Below are positions 12,031 to 24,967 of a stretch of DNA of 64,000 bases, in pieces. Both the position numbers and the translations under genes were made by a program. How positions within the stretch are numbered: the stretch's first letter is position 1; each line of letters starts with the position of its first letter. Under the pieces are notes generated by a model that did no database searches, had not been told where the DNA came from, and saw only the letters and a list, made by a program, of their open reading frames with translations. This stretch comes from Leucoraja erinacea (taxonomy: Eukaryota): contig NC_073389.1 of the NCBI RefSeq assembly GCF_028641065.1, forward strand, positions 34,348,001 through 34,412,000, in the 5' to 3' direction.

Positions 12031-13229
12031 TCTCTATCTATCTATATATACACACTAGTAAAAGTCTCATCCTGTCTGTCTGTCTGTGAGATTAAGGTGC
12101 TGCGCCAAAACGGTACAAATTAGCACAAAATTTTTCACAGAACTTTACTCAACTTTTTCCCGTGGACGTCAGTATCATAGTTCTTCACATTTGATGTTAT
12201 ATTTCACGTTATTGATATTTAAAGTTAAAAAAGCCAGCTTTGAAAATAATAACTGCTTGTGAGAGTAAGACTTTTCTAGCAGCTTCCAGTGATGATGTCA
12301 CAATGGCATCTCAGTCGTCCAATCACAATGGGATCTCATTTACACAAGCTACCGTGAAGATTCCGAAAACCGAAAATGACATCACAATGTGATCTCTGCT
12401 GCCAATACAGAAGCTATGAGAGTTGACGGAGTTGGGGATGACACCGTGTGACGCCAACCCCCCCCCCCTCGCATTGGGGGACGGGGCCCAACTGGTCCCA
12501 CTTGGTCTAGTATATTATTAAAACTCTCATCTTGTCTCTAACTATGCGTGTAATTTCATGTGATCATGGACCTATGCCAAAACGGTACATGATAGCGCTA
12601 AAATGTTTTACACCATCTTACTCACCTTTGTCCCGTGATTGTTTGTTTAAAGTTTAGTTCAGATTGATGTTGTATTTCACAAGTTATTGACATTTCAAAG
12701 TTTTTTTTTTTTTAAAACACTTTGAGAACAATCTCTTCAAGTACTGTGACAGTTGCTGGCAGATTCTGGCAGTTGCAGCTATGATGTCACAATGGGATCT
12801 CATTTACATAAGCTACCCGTCAAGAGTCCTCCACCCGACAATGACATCACAATGGGATCTAATTTACATAAGCTGCCAATCAACAATGTTCCACCGATGC
12901 AATGAGAGATTTGTTACATTGTTGTAAGGAGAGGGAGTGGGGAGGAAAATAAATGTTATTTAAACATAGTGTTTAGTGGGGGAGTGCAATAGGGGAGAGG
13001 TGAGGGAGGGAGTGACTAAGGGTAGGAAAAAGGAGAGGTGGAGAGGTGAGAGAGGGAGTGGAGGAGGTGAGGAGAAGAGGGAGGGTGGAGGAGGGGGAGT
13101 GAGTGTATGAGCCGCACCTGCGCAGTTGGGGGCTATGGGTGAGTGGTGGAAACGGGCTGCGTTGGGGAAAGGTGAGTGGTGGAATACTGCGTTGGGGGAA
13201 CGGGGACCAATGGGTCCCACTTGGTCTAG
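12031..13229 (+). mobile_element. Two non-autonomous Helitron units in head-to-tail tandem (12031-12510, 12511-13229)
   Basis: A|TC 5' end. Each unit ends in a GC hairpin plus cttggtCTAG|T. No TSD or TIR; shared internal sequence. Confidence 0.75.
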
Positions 13230-14010
13230 TATATATTTTAAATGTTTCACGGTTCAAAGAGAGATGTTGCTCAACAAATGCTAACTTTCAGTCATCTGTG
13301 ACTTGCATCATCACCATAAGGGTATGAATTGTAAACCAGATTGTTATTCTGCAGAATATTCACTGAATATTTAACACACTGATCCATATCCAAGCATTTA
13401 TCCAAACAACAAAATAAAATACAAGTGAATATATGTAAAACAATAACGTCTCCTTTCTAAACAGAAATAATTTATAATCAGAAGGCTAGCTAAAAGTTAG
13501 CTATCATCTTCCAAATAATTGAGAGATAATTCATACTGAGAAGTGAGGAAGATCAAAGAAAAAAATCTCAAACTGACAATTAAGAACATACAAAAACAAT
13601 CGTCAAAAGTAGCTGAAACCATCCAAATAACCCAAAGTAATTTAGGTGGATGGAAAACTGTGTAGTTGGAATTGGGTGGAGGCGGAGTTATATTTGAAAG
13701 CATAGTTTTAAACCCACCAAGGATAATAAATCAAATCACTAATCTTTTTTAAAAGAATTGATTCAATTGTTGTGCATCTACATGCATGTGCATGCTTGTC
13801 AACTGCCAGAGATTGCTTGAGCCAAAGATGGGGAAATGTGTCCTTTAAAAACATAAAAAGGTCAGCTCAAAATGTGAACAGGGTAAAATACTTCAAAAGA
13901 AGTCCTGATTAACTTCATCACAAAATGCAATTGATAAGACATGGAATTCTATAATAAATTGACATTGCTCTTTCACCAAAATTCCAAAGATCCATTCGGT
14001 AAGAAATTAC

Positions 14011-14104
14011 CTTGCTGCCTCTTTAATGACATTTTGTACAAATACCATCCGTGTCTCCAGACTGCCTTGCACTAGTTTCAATAAATAGAAGATATTTTCA
14101 TAAT
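14011..14104 (-). CDS. INTS6: INTS6 ex17 (94 nt), HYENIFYLLKLVQGSLETRMVFVQNVIKEAAR
   Basis: ttcag/gtaatt splice sites. VQGSL..R..F.QNVIKEA motif. Confidence 0.93.
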
Positions 14105-14956
14105 CTGAAAGAGATGATATTCAATTAACAGTCAGCACCATGTGGGAAATGAATGATCAATCCCAGTTTAAGCTAACAGAATCTATGGCTTCTGATGTTC
14201 ACAAAAAGCAAGTAGGTAATGAGGTTGAGCAACCACAGGGTAACAAAGGTTCATGCTACTTCCACTCAAGAATTTAAACTCCAGAAAGAAACTGAACAGC
14301 TGGGCCAGACTGTGTATTCAAATAAAATTAAGTGAAATAGGGTTAAACTCCCAAACAGTTAATTATCAGCTCTACCTGATCATGGCACTTTTTAAAAAAA
14401 ATAATTATAATCAGAAATATTTAATTGGGTAAATCAGCCAAGTGGTATTATGGCTTTGACAAGGACTTAGAAAAGCAGAGTCCAACAAAATACAGATCAG
14501 AATTGAAAGATGTACACTGCAGAACAATGTCTAGACTGGAATTTGACCAGGACCACAGGACTTGTGACTCCCTTGCAATTTGGAAACTGAAACTGATCCA
14601 CAGTTCAAGGTTAAATCAGACCATCTTAACACTGCTGTAGTTTGGCTTCTTAGGTTTGGCAAAAGATAAAGACTTGACCATGTGACAGGTAACAATGGTT
14701 TAAGTGAGAGCAGTAGGAAATATGAAACCAAACACAAAGAATATGAAACCAAGTTCAATGAGCCTGCTTCTGGAATAGAGCCTCACAAAGTAGAAGTAGT
14801 AGAGACATGGACCAACAATTCTTTCGGACTTCTAATGGCCAACATTAATCCCTCTGAGGTAGAAATAAATTCTGAATACTTGTAATAGAAACATCGTTGA
14901 AGACTATTACTCGAGGGAGCAAAGCAAGTAACATTTTATTCTTAAATCATACTTAC

Positions 14957-15328
14957 GCCTGCCAGGTTTCCGAATTTCCTTAAAAATTTGTGTCCTTAAC
15001 TCTATATTAGTCTCTTGTTGCTTTGACCTCATAAGTGTTTTAATGGCATTTGGTGAAGACCTGTTCAAATGTCCATCTTGGCATACTTCACTGTCCTTTG
15101 ATTCCTCATGGTTAAGCTCAACACCATCAATAGAATTATTATTGACAAGTAAAAGACCACCGTCCATCTCATGACTTGCAAATTCTTCTGCAAAATCCAC
15201 AGAGTCAGATGTCGCATCGATCAGAGGTGCTGCTAATTCAAGTGTGTGGGGTGGAATTTCAGCTGGAAGTAGGTCTGCAATATTGTTTTCAACATAGTCA
15301 ACACACGTAGCCTGATTTTCTTCAGTCT
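14957..15328 (-). CDS. INTS6: INTS6 ex16 (372 nt), ETEENQATC...IFKEIRKPGR
   Basis: tttccag/gtaagt splice sites. Lies inside ORF 14907..15395 and ends in the conserved KEIRKPGR. Confidence 0.9.
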
Positions 15329-15440
15329 CTGGAAAAGGAATTAAAAAAATCAGTGGATAACTATTAAGAATTAATGAGACTAAAATTCTGCACATTTTAA
15401 ATTCTTGCTAATTCTTGTGCTAATTAAACAAAATACACTG

Positions 15441-15572
15441 GAGATACAAGGAACTGCAGATTCTGGAATGTTAAGCGCAACGCAAAGTGTTGCAGTAACT
15501 CTGTGGGTCAGGCAGTATCTCTGGAGGAAGTGGATAGGCGATGTTTTGGGTCACTACCCTTCTTCACTTTGA
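15441..15572. mobile_element. Degenerate Penelope-type arm
   Basis: gaactgcaga..gtaactc..gggtcaggcag..acccttcttca motif series. Confidence 0.55.
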
Positions 15573-15604
15573 CTACTCTTTCGCATACTCAGCCCAGTTG
15601 TCTT

Positions 15605-16060
15605 TGAGTGTCATCTCAGTTCAATGCTAGCACTCTCAGCTTAGATTTAGAACATAAGTTGACAAGTTGAGTGGAATTCATGCCAGACTGCTGTGGTGGT
15701 CAATTCATTGGGTATTTTTAAAATGGAGATTGCTAGATTCTTGATTAGTAAGGACGTCAAAGGTAATGGGGAGAAGACACGAGAATGGGGATGAGAGGGG
15801 AAAACAGATCAGTTATAATCAAATGGTAGAGCAGACTCGATAGGTCAAATGGCCTAATTCTATTCCTATATCCTATGGATACCATACAATGGTTCTTACA
15901 CAGAAATATTGGCTGGTATTTCAGTGCAGCTGTTCAAAGGATGTGCCTGTTAAATCAGATATATGCGAGATCTCACAACATCCTAAAGCAGAAGAGCCAG
16001 TTCTCCCAATGTCGTAATCAACAGCCTTTAATCATTATCATGACCATCGCACTGGCTTCA
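15605..16060 (+). mobile_element. Old Deu-type SINE with a nested CR1 3' end (about 15651-15878)
   Basis: Head ctcagttcaatgctagcactctc, CR1 tail ggcctaattctattcctatatc, then Deu-like gaagagccagttctcccaatgtc. Confidence 0.5.
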
Positions 16061-17434
16061 TCCGCAGAGAGAGCCATAAAAAACAAACACAGGTCCTTTG
16101 GCTCAACTCATCAATATGGACTGTTGTCAAGACATCTCCATAAACTCCTCTAGTTACCCTTCTTCCATTAATATACATAAAATATATTTGGACTTCCATA
16201 GGATCCAGTCCTGCACAACCGGCTGATATATTTACCATTGCTCAGTTTGTAGCATGTCATTTGGCAGAAAATTAAAGTTTCATTCCAAACACCCGAGGAT
16301 CACACACCTTGAAGTACTCAGGGAATGCAAGTAAACTGCAAACATTGAACGATGAGGGCAAACTAAGTTTGGTCACACCAAATGATCAAGCTCAATATAT
16401 TGAAATGTCAAGTGTTTAAAGCCATGCTCAAAGTTTAAGCATGGATACAAAATAATGCTGAAAGTTAAGAATCTGTGAAGTCATCAACTTCACAGTATCA
16501 GAGAAGCAGATTAAACAATAGGACTTGAAACAGATGCTAAACCACAGACATCAAAGTGGTTAAGACGTCATACTCTCTTTCAGGGTACCCCAGACAGGAC
16601 AGTAAATGATTACAGGTCTTTCCATGTTAAGAATGCTTGACTTATAGACACCCTGCACATATAGACAAATGCCTGGAGACAAGCAGGATGCTGCAAGCAT
16701 CTTCTGCCAGGTGGGAATGGGGTATTTCTCTCTGCATCCCCTGCCCCTCCAATCCAGAGCCACACAATCAGGGGCTAGGTGGAGTCAAGCAGAGTTGAGC
16801 AGGCTCATTTGCTCACTTATTAAGCCAGCAAGTTCAACTGGCAGTAAGCGCTTCCCAGGCCTGTTTGCTTTCCTGTCACAGTTGTTTCTGTGATCCTGTC
16901 CCACACAATGTTTATGCTTATTTCTGACTTAAACAGTTCGGGTCACAAACAGTTTTCAGTAACGGAATCCTGTCGTAACCTCGGGACTGCCTGTCACATT
17001 ATATATAGGGCCGAACATTGATTTGTTGGAAAAAGGCACTTACGTAAAGTGATGATAAAATAAGAGAAAGGAGAAGAAGCAGAAAGGGCTGTAAAGGGTA
17101 CTCTGCAAAGTTTGTGAACTTGCAGGAAGAAGTCAATCTGGGTAGAAACCATGAGCGGGAAAACATTGGCCATACACATTGACAATGATAAAACTCTCCA
17201 GCACAATATCAAAGGAAGGAAGATGATAATGAAAAAAGCCTCCTAAAAGACAAATTCACTTATGTGTTTAAGTACAATGCATTCAACAGAAATGGCTGGT
17301 ATATTTTGCTTTTGTGATGAAACTTCACATTAGTTCATACACGCCACATTATATTGGTTCTTTCAAACATTCATGATACGACATCCATAACAAACCAATA
17401 ACTTCAGCATTGATTGAATTACATTTGCCCATAC

Positions 17435-17672
17435 CTGGAACAACAGCTACTGGCTTTATAAGATCTGCTTGTGGCTGTATAACTGGCGAAAGGGGAGGGC
17501 CCTTGCCATCGCTGTGATTAACCATTGTTGACGACGTTGGTGGATACTCTTTCAATAAAGGTGACATACAACGACGTCTTTTTGGAATTCCTGCCACATT
17601 CAGCTCCATCGGTCGTTTGCTTCTGTTCTGAGGTCCCGACACAAACTCATCGGCTTCATCAATCATCATTCC
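17435..17672 (-). CDS. INTS6: INTS6 ex15 (238 nt), GMMIDEADEFVSGPQN...KRRRCMSPLL...KPVAVVP
   Basis: ttgcag/gtatgg splice sites. Conserved GMMIDEADEFV motif; phases consistent. Confidence 0.92.
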
Positions 17673-19452
17673 CTGCAACACAAATATCCGTAACTCTCGT
17701 GTCCACAAAGATACGAGTCTCTGTCTATCTATCAATAACTTATCTATCAATAATCTGTCATCACATACCAAAAAACTAAATAAAAATTACATCACAAAAA
17801 TGTTATACATACAGCACTCAAACTTTAGAACATCTGCAACCACGTGATCTGGGTGCAATATAGATTACGCCTTTAGATTCACAGTAATTTTAAGTGAAAT
17901 GCAAGTTTTAATCCGGGCACGGTGAAATTTAAGGAGCTGTACCAGAAAACCGTTAGAACTAATTCATTGGAATAAATAAAGAATAAAAAAAATATTCAGT
18001 TACAAGCAAAGAACACGGGAATGAGTGTAATTAGATAGCTTGTTCAAAAGCTGTGATTCTAGCAAAAAATAGGGCAAATATGCAAGGCTGCCAAGAGTCA
18101 GAGGGAAGTTTCCTCAGTTAGTCTGTAATTTATCCTTTGGCTTTCTACTAACTTCATCACCTCTAGTTGAAGGAAGGAGAGAACAAAGACCACAGGTTCC
18201 AGCAATGTGCACAGCACTTTAGTAAGTATCCGGCAAGGAATATGTAAACCTCAGTTGAAAGTCCCATTGCTGAATAACACCCACTATTGATGCTCACCCA
18301 TAATTAAAAGCATCTCAAATGGTACTGGATACGATACACATTAAATTATTCTCCCTTAAATTGGGTTTGTGTGCAGAAATTGCATAAGAAACTCAAAAGA
18401 CTGCATGTGTTGAAATGCAAAATAAAAACAAAACGCTGGAAATATTCAGCAGGTCAACCAACATCTGAGGAGAGAGAAACATAGCTGTTTGAGGGAGTGT
18501 TTCCATATGCAAAGGGAATGTGAAAAGTATAAAAGAGACATTTGTGATAAGGTGGAGATACATGATACATGTATCTCCAAGTTGATACGGAGTTGATGCT
18601 GTCTGATTAATTTGCAAATCAGACCTTGTGGAATGCACAAATAAATAAATTCCATAGCCAGATTAGAAAATATTGAGATTTACTTAAATACATTGAATGG
18701 CATTCAAAGAAGCTTTAAAATTGAGTTCAAAGTTCTTACATTACTGCCTCGTCACGTTTTAAAACTGAACTGGTCGGTGTCCATTGACGGCAGTTTCGGT
18801 ATTGGTAGGCATGTCAAATCTGACACGATTTGCCTGGATAGCATGAAAAACGTTGTTTTGCATTGTATTTCAGTACACAATAATTGTTGCACTGGTTTAT
18901 TATTGTGTAGAGATACAGTGAAAAGCTTTATGTTGCATGCTATCCAGGTAAATCATGTCAGATCTGACATAAAATACTTCAGTTTGCTTGTTACTTGAAA
19001 TATTATACAGCAACACTTTGTCCATTCCAAACCCAATCAACATATGCACAGAGGCTTACATTAAACAAAGATTTGTTTCCTCTACCATCCCCGAATAGAA
19101 AGTGCACACAAGGTAGATAACATCTGTGTTATGAAGATTTAACTGAGATATACACAATGTTCTATGTAAGCAAGAGTACTCAAGTTAAAACAGCCAAGAG
19201 TCTCAAGAGGGCCATTAGCACGTCTGCCAAATGATTTATACTACTTATGGCTTCATAGTCCCAAACATTGCTAAAAATAGCTCTAAGGAAAAAAACAGAA
19301 AACATCTGACAGCTCAAGAGACTTAAGCCAGAGTACAGCTGTAAATATTTATTTGAACACCTTGGATCGGTACGAAAGTGCACAACCTCTTTTGGAAAGG
19401 TCAAGGTATCCTCAATTTGCAGCTGCCCGTATTTAAATATATAGGTACATAC

Positions 19453-19595
19453 CTTCTTATCCAGTTTGAAAGGATTTCCAAATGTATGCAATCGCCTGGG
19501 CTGATCAGGGTCAAGTTCACGCAGGGGAGAAGGCACATGTTTCAGGAACTCCTGGTAATTTCCCATCTGTGCTATTGGGACACTGTGCATCTGAT
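19453..19595 (-). CDS. INTS6: INTS6 ex14 (143 nt), DQMHSVPIAQMGNYQEFLK...RLHTFGNPFKLDKK
   Basis: ccag/gtatgt splice sites. Highly conserved motif. Confidence 0.95.
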
Positions 19596-20851
19596 CTGGA
19601 GAGGGGAAAAAATAACATGGATAATTCACCATTTTTCACTCTCACAGCAAATCTGAGTAATAATATGAAAGAGTCTGCTGAAATACCACCACAATATTAC
19701 AGTATCTTTGCAGCATCCATGAACAAAAGCAGAATAAAAGCTGGAATTAACTAAGCATATCTACAGAAATGAAATGGGGTGCTCTATACAAACAAAAATA
19801 ATCATCAAATATTCTAAAATACTGGGACAATTACATACTGGGACAATTACATACAACAATCAGGGGTTCCACAGAAACTGAGATCCAAATACAGCAGATG
19901 GAAATGCTTTCTTACAAAAATATGGTACCTCGGTACACGTAACACTAAACTAAACTAAATTTATCATGGTTTGAAAAACCCAAGGAAAAAAAATGATAAA
20001 TTAACTAGAAAGTTATGCACCTTTGAGCAACTACTCCAGAATGTTAAAAATATTTGCATTTTAACAGAGCTTAAAGAATAACTTTTGAAAAGTTATTGAC
20101 ATTTTAAGCTTCAATGTAACAGGCTGCCTCTGTGGCAATTAAGAAACTGGAAGATCAAGCCCCATTGTAAGACAAAATTAAAACTTGGTTAGTTGGCATT
20201 CAAGTCCATTCAAAGACTCACCATTCTCCATCTCTAACTCTCCTAGCCTCACAGCCTAGAGATAATTTTACAATTCTACTTCTTTCAACTCACTTTAAAA
20301 TTACCTTCTCTTTCAATACTCTTTAAATTCCAAGGAAGTTCTTAATATTGCACTACCCATCAATTTTTTTTTCAGTTGCAACTTTTATTGGAATTGACTT
20401 TGGTATGTGCTTTTGTTCTTAGGTTATTTGCCTTCATAAATCAAGGCAGTATTTTGGAATGGAGCCATAGCATTTTTGAACTTTCCTCAGGTAAGTGTGC
20501 ACCACAAAATCTAAGTGAGCATCAAGATTCGCTTGTCCAAAATTCCTAACTCATTGAGTTTAAACAGGCTAAATCTTAGAAGGACAAGCACAACCAAGAT
20601 AGGTGCTGCGCATTTTGTATCAGCTATTTTCATTATTGGCAATCATATGTGTTTGGCAGTTGGAAACCTGCAAATGATAATCTGGTCTTTCAGGTCAATG
20701 GCAACAGATTTAATCATTCATTTCAAACTGTCTTACACATTATAGAATGGACTGCTTTGGTGCAAAACAAAATAGAGAACAGTGTCATTAAAGCACATCT
20801 TCCATTTATTTTTTTTCTCCCCCATTGCTTGTGCTTGGCGTGATTAATATA

Positions 20852-21135
20852 GGGCGGCACGGTGCTGCAGTGATAGAGTTGTTGCCTTACAGCACCAGAG
20901 ATCCATGTTCGATCCTGACTACGGGTGCTGTCTGTACGGAGTTCGTACATTCTCCCCATGATCTGCGTAGGTTTTCTCCGGGATCTTTGGTTTCCTCATT
21001 TTGTAATTGGCTTGGTATAATTGTAAATTGATCCCAGTGTGTGTAGGATAGTGTTAGTGTATGGGAATCTCTGATCGGCGCGGACTCGGTGGGACGAAGG
21101 GCCTGTTTCCGCACTGTATCTCTAAACTAAACTAA
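20852..21135 (+). mobile_element. HE1/V-type SINE, near full length
   Basis: gggcggcacggtg head, B box gttcgatcc, tail (ctaaa)n. Confidence 0.85.
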
Positions 21136-21232
21136 TATTGAAAATAGTGTTTAATTACCCCAATAGTGGTTGTCCTATTATCATTGCATCCATTTAAATG
21201 GCACAGAAATTGTTAGCCCTGACCATTTTTAC

Positions 21233-21359
21233 CTTCATCTTGTCCTTTCAATGGACCATGTGAAGTTTTCAACAGGTTTAACCTCATGCGTGTAAGCTGA
21301 TCCAGAAGATTTCGTCTTGGTATATCATAAGCATTCTTGTAACTCTGAGGTTTCAAATC
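21233..21359 (-). CDS. INTS6: INTS6 ex13 (127 nt), DLKPQSYKNAYDIPRRNLLDQLTRMRLNLLK...GQDE
   Basis: gaag/gtaaaa splice sites. NAYDIPRRNLLD.LTRMR motif. Confidence 0.94.
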
Positions 21360-22976
21360 CTTCAAAATAATTTAAAAAAAAAAAAATTAAAGTACCAAAG
21401 TGACATTACATGATCTTGCATATCAAACATTCACTAAAGGCAACCTCAAACAACCAGGTCCTGAAGCATGGTAAATCTATAGTTAAAGTTATACTACAAC
21501 TGTCTGGTGTGGAGTAAATTTTGAGTTGGTATGGAACCTTTCATAGACCCAGAAAAACTGAATGGTTTTGCAAAGGTCAAACTTCCTCTGCAATTACTTT
21601 ACTTGGACTCTAGACATGATTGTTATCTGAATGTTGCACACAAGAGTAGGAAATATGACTTCCTACAAAGAAAGAGCACCAGAACATCCATAATCTCAAA
21701 AACCAAGACTTTGTCTTAGAACCTGTATGAACATACAGTGCCCTCCATAATGTTTGGGACAAAGACCCATCTTTCTTTATTTGCCTCTGTACTCCACAAT
21801 TTGAGATTTGTAATAGAAACAAAATCACGTGGTTTAAAGTGCACATTGTCAGATTTTAATAAAGGCCATTTTTATACATTTTGGTTTCACTATGTAGAAA
21901 TTACAGCAGTGTTTATCCATAGTCCCCCCATTTCAGGACACCATAATGTTTAGGACACATCAATGTCATGTAAATGGAAGTACTCATGTTTAGTATTTTG
22001 TTGCATTTCCTTTGCATGCAATGACTGCTTGAAGTCTGCGGTTCATGGGCATCACCAGTTGCTGGGTGTCTTCTCTTGTGATGCTCTGCCAGGCCTGCAT
22101 TGCAGCCACCTTTAGCTTATGCTTGTTTTGGGGGCAAGTCCCCTTAGTTTTCTCTTCAGCAAATAAAAGGCATGCTCAATTGGGTTCAGATCGGGTGATT
22201 GACTTGGCCACTCAAGAATTTAGCATTTTTTAGCTTTGAAAGAAACACCTTTGTTGCTTTAGCAGTATGTTTGGGATCATTGTCTTGCTCTAGAATGAAC
22301 CGCCAGCCAATGAATTTTGAGGCATTTGTTTGAACTTGAGCAGATAGGATATGTCTATACACTTCAGAATTCATTATGCTACTACCATCAGCAGTTGTAT
22401 CATCAATGACGATAAGTGAGCCAGTACCTTCAGCAGCCATACATGCCCAGGCCATAACACCCCCACCACCGGGTTTTACAGATGAGGTGGTATGCTTTGG
22501 ATCTTGACAGTTCCTTCTCTCCTTCATATTTTGCTCTTACCATCACTCTGATATGTTAATCTTCGTCTCATCTGTCCACAAAACCTTTTTCCAGAACTGT
22601 GGTTGCTCTTTTAAGTGCTTCTTGGCAAACTTACCTGCCCATCCTATTTTTTGTGGCTAACCAGTGGTTTGCATCTTGCAGTGTAGCCTCTGTATTTCTG
22701 TTTATCAAGTCTTCTGTGGACAGTGGTCATTGACAAATCCACGCCTGACTCCTGAAGAGTGTTTCTGATCTGTCTGACAGGTGTTTGGGAATTTTTCTTT
22801 ATTATAGCGAGAATTCTTCTGTCATCAGCTGTGGAGGTCTTCCTTGGCCTGCCAGTCCCTTTGCGATTAGTAAGCAAACAGTTGATTTTGGTAAGCCTAA
22901 GGTTTGGCTGATGTCTCCAACAGTTTTATTCTTGTTTCTCAGTCTCATAATGGCTTATTTGACTTTCATTGGCACA

Positions 22977-24967
22977 ACTTGGCATCAAATTGCAGAATGA
23001 TCTGCGTTGGAATGGTCAGACTCATCATGCAACGGTGAAAGCAACAGGTGTCCTAAACTTTCTGAGGCGCAACTTTCATCATTGTTCAACTTCTGTCAAG
23101 GAGAAGCTTTTTTTTTTTTTTTTTTTTAATTTTATTTTTTTTAGAAGTACGGTAAATTACAATCCTACACAACACATATATCTTAATACATTTTTTGTAC
23201 CCCTTCATTTTTTTTGAGCTTTAAGAAAAAGGTAGAAGTAAGGAAAGTAAAGAAAGTGCAAGAGAGTCGTGCAGTGCAAGAGTGTTGGGAAAAAAAAGCC
23301 CCTTAGGAAAGAAGTTAGAGAAGGAAGTAAAGTGAGAAAATAGACCCTAGAAAAGAAAGAGAGAGAAAATAGAAACAATCGCTCTATTATAACATTAAAC
23401 TCCGCAGAAAGGGGACTACCAACCAAGTCTGTTTTGTTATTTTACCTCCCGTTACCAGGTCCTGATACCACTTATTTATATATTTGTTGTTTTTTTTTAA
23501 TTACTATTGCACCTCATACTTGTAATAGGTCCAGAAACATAGACCACGTCTTTTGGAATTGGTCTGCTTTACCTGCTAGGAGGAATCTCATCTCTTCCAG
23601 ATGTAATGTTTCAAACATATTTGATATCCACATTTTTATTGTTGGTGTCGGCGCATTTTTCCAGAATTTAAGTATAAGCTTTTTTCCCATTATTAGCCCG
23701 TAATTAAATAAATTCCTCTGAAACACGTTTAATTCAGGGTTATCTTCCGATATTCCGAAGATAATCCATTCTGGTTTTGGTACCAGTTTTATTTTGATCA
23801 ATTTTGAAAAAATATCAAATATTTCATACCAGAATTTTTGGATTTTTGTACAAAAAACAAAAGAGTGCGCTATGGTAGCTTCTTGACACAGGCATTTATC
23901 ACAGATTGGTGAAACATTAGGGAAGATTTTATTTCATTTAGTTTTTGAATAATATAATCTACGTAATGTTTTAAATTGGATGAGCGTATGTCGTACGTTG
24001 ATCGAACATTTATGCACCTGTAGTAAATGATTATCCCAGGTCTCTTTTGAGATTTTTATAGCTAATTCTTGTTCCCAATCTTTTCTAATTCCATCTGTTG
24101 TGGGTATTTCTATGTTTAAAATGATATTATATAGGTACGATATTAAATTAGCTGATTCCGCCTTGGTCTTCATTGCTTCATCCAATAAGTCGGAAGGCAT
24201 ATCATGATAGTCTTTTGTGTGTTTTTTCAGATAATCACAAATTTGAAGATATTTAAAATATTGGTTATTTTTCAAATTATATTTCAGTTGTAGTTGTTGA
24301 AATGATAGTAAATTCCCCAATTCATACAGATCTTCGAGCATTTTAATTCCCATTCTTTCCCATTGTATAAATGATTTGTCTATGATTGATGGTTTAAACG
24401 ATGGATTATTGACTATTGGTTGTCAAGGAGAAGCTATACTTCACCCTCGTTAGACCTCATTTGGACTACGCAGTTGCAGCATGGGACCCATACACAAATA
24501 AAAAAATTTCTTCCATCGAACGTGTCCAAAGACAGGCAGCTCGATTTGTTACTAACACCTATGAGAGAGAAGCGACTGTCACCAAACGTTTGAATTCTCT
24601 GGGGTGGAACCCTCTCCAAGACAGACGTGAAGCTCACCGTTTGACCTGTTTTTACAAAATGTTAAATGGTCAGCTCGACATAGACTACAAGACCTACACC
24701 AAACCCGAAACCAATTAGGAGCAGACGAGTAAACTCGATCCAATTTGTGATCCCAGCTACAAAGGCAGATGTATACAGCAATTCGTTCTTCCCCTGCACA
24801 ATTAAAGCATGGAATAATCTCCACCCAACTATAGTTACCCAACCAGATGCAACTAAATTTAAAGTAGCTCTTTCTTCCCAATAACCCTTTCTGGCTTAAG
24901 CCCTCCCTTCATCACCTCCAGTTTAAATTCCATTTGGAATATTTTGGAGGACCAAGAAACCAAGAAC
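22977..24967 (+). mobile_element. CR1/L2-group LINE 3' end nested in the Tc1, itself split by an L1
   Basis: LGIKLQNDLRW..LNFLRRNF..KEKL|YFTLVRPHLDYA..WDPY..IERVQRQAARFV. Tail accaagaaaccaaga. Confidence 0.8.
23109..24420 (-). mobile_element. 5'-truncated L1/Tx1-clade LINE with poly(A) tail and 15-bp TSD
   Basis: Poly(T) on + starting at 23108. TSD tgtcaaggagaagct at 23094-23108 and 24421-24435. Cys-rich CDKC...H...C end of ORF2. Confidence 0.9.

Noticed and set aside
12290-12880. CRISPR-like repeat-spacer array
   Set aside because: The repeats are degenerate and irregularly spaced, lie inside a Helitron in vertebrate DNA, and there are no cas genes.
19820-19854. 16-bp tandem duplication tactgggacaattaca
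   Set aside because: An ordinary local slippage or duplication with no further structure.
20852-20930. tRNA genes at the SINE heads (also 63265-63339)
   Set aside because: The A/B boxes run directly into SINE bodies and tails; no complete cloverleaf is supported.
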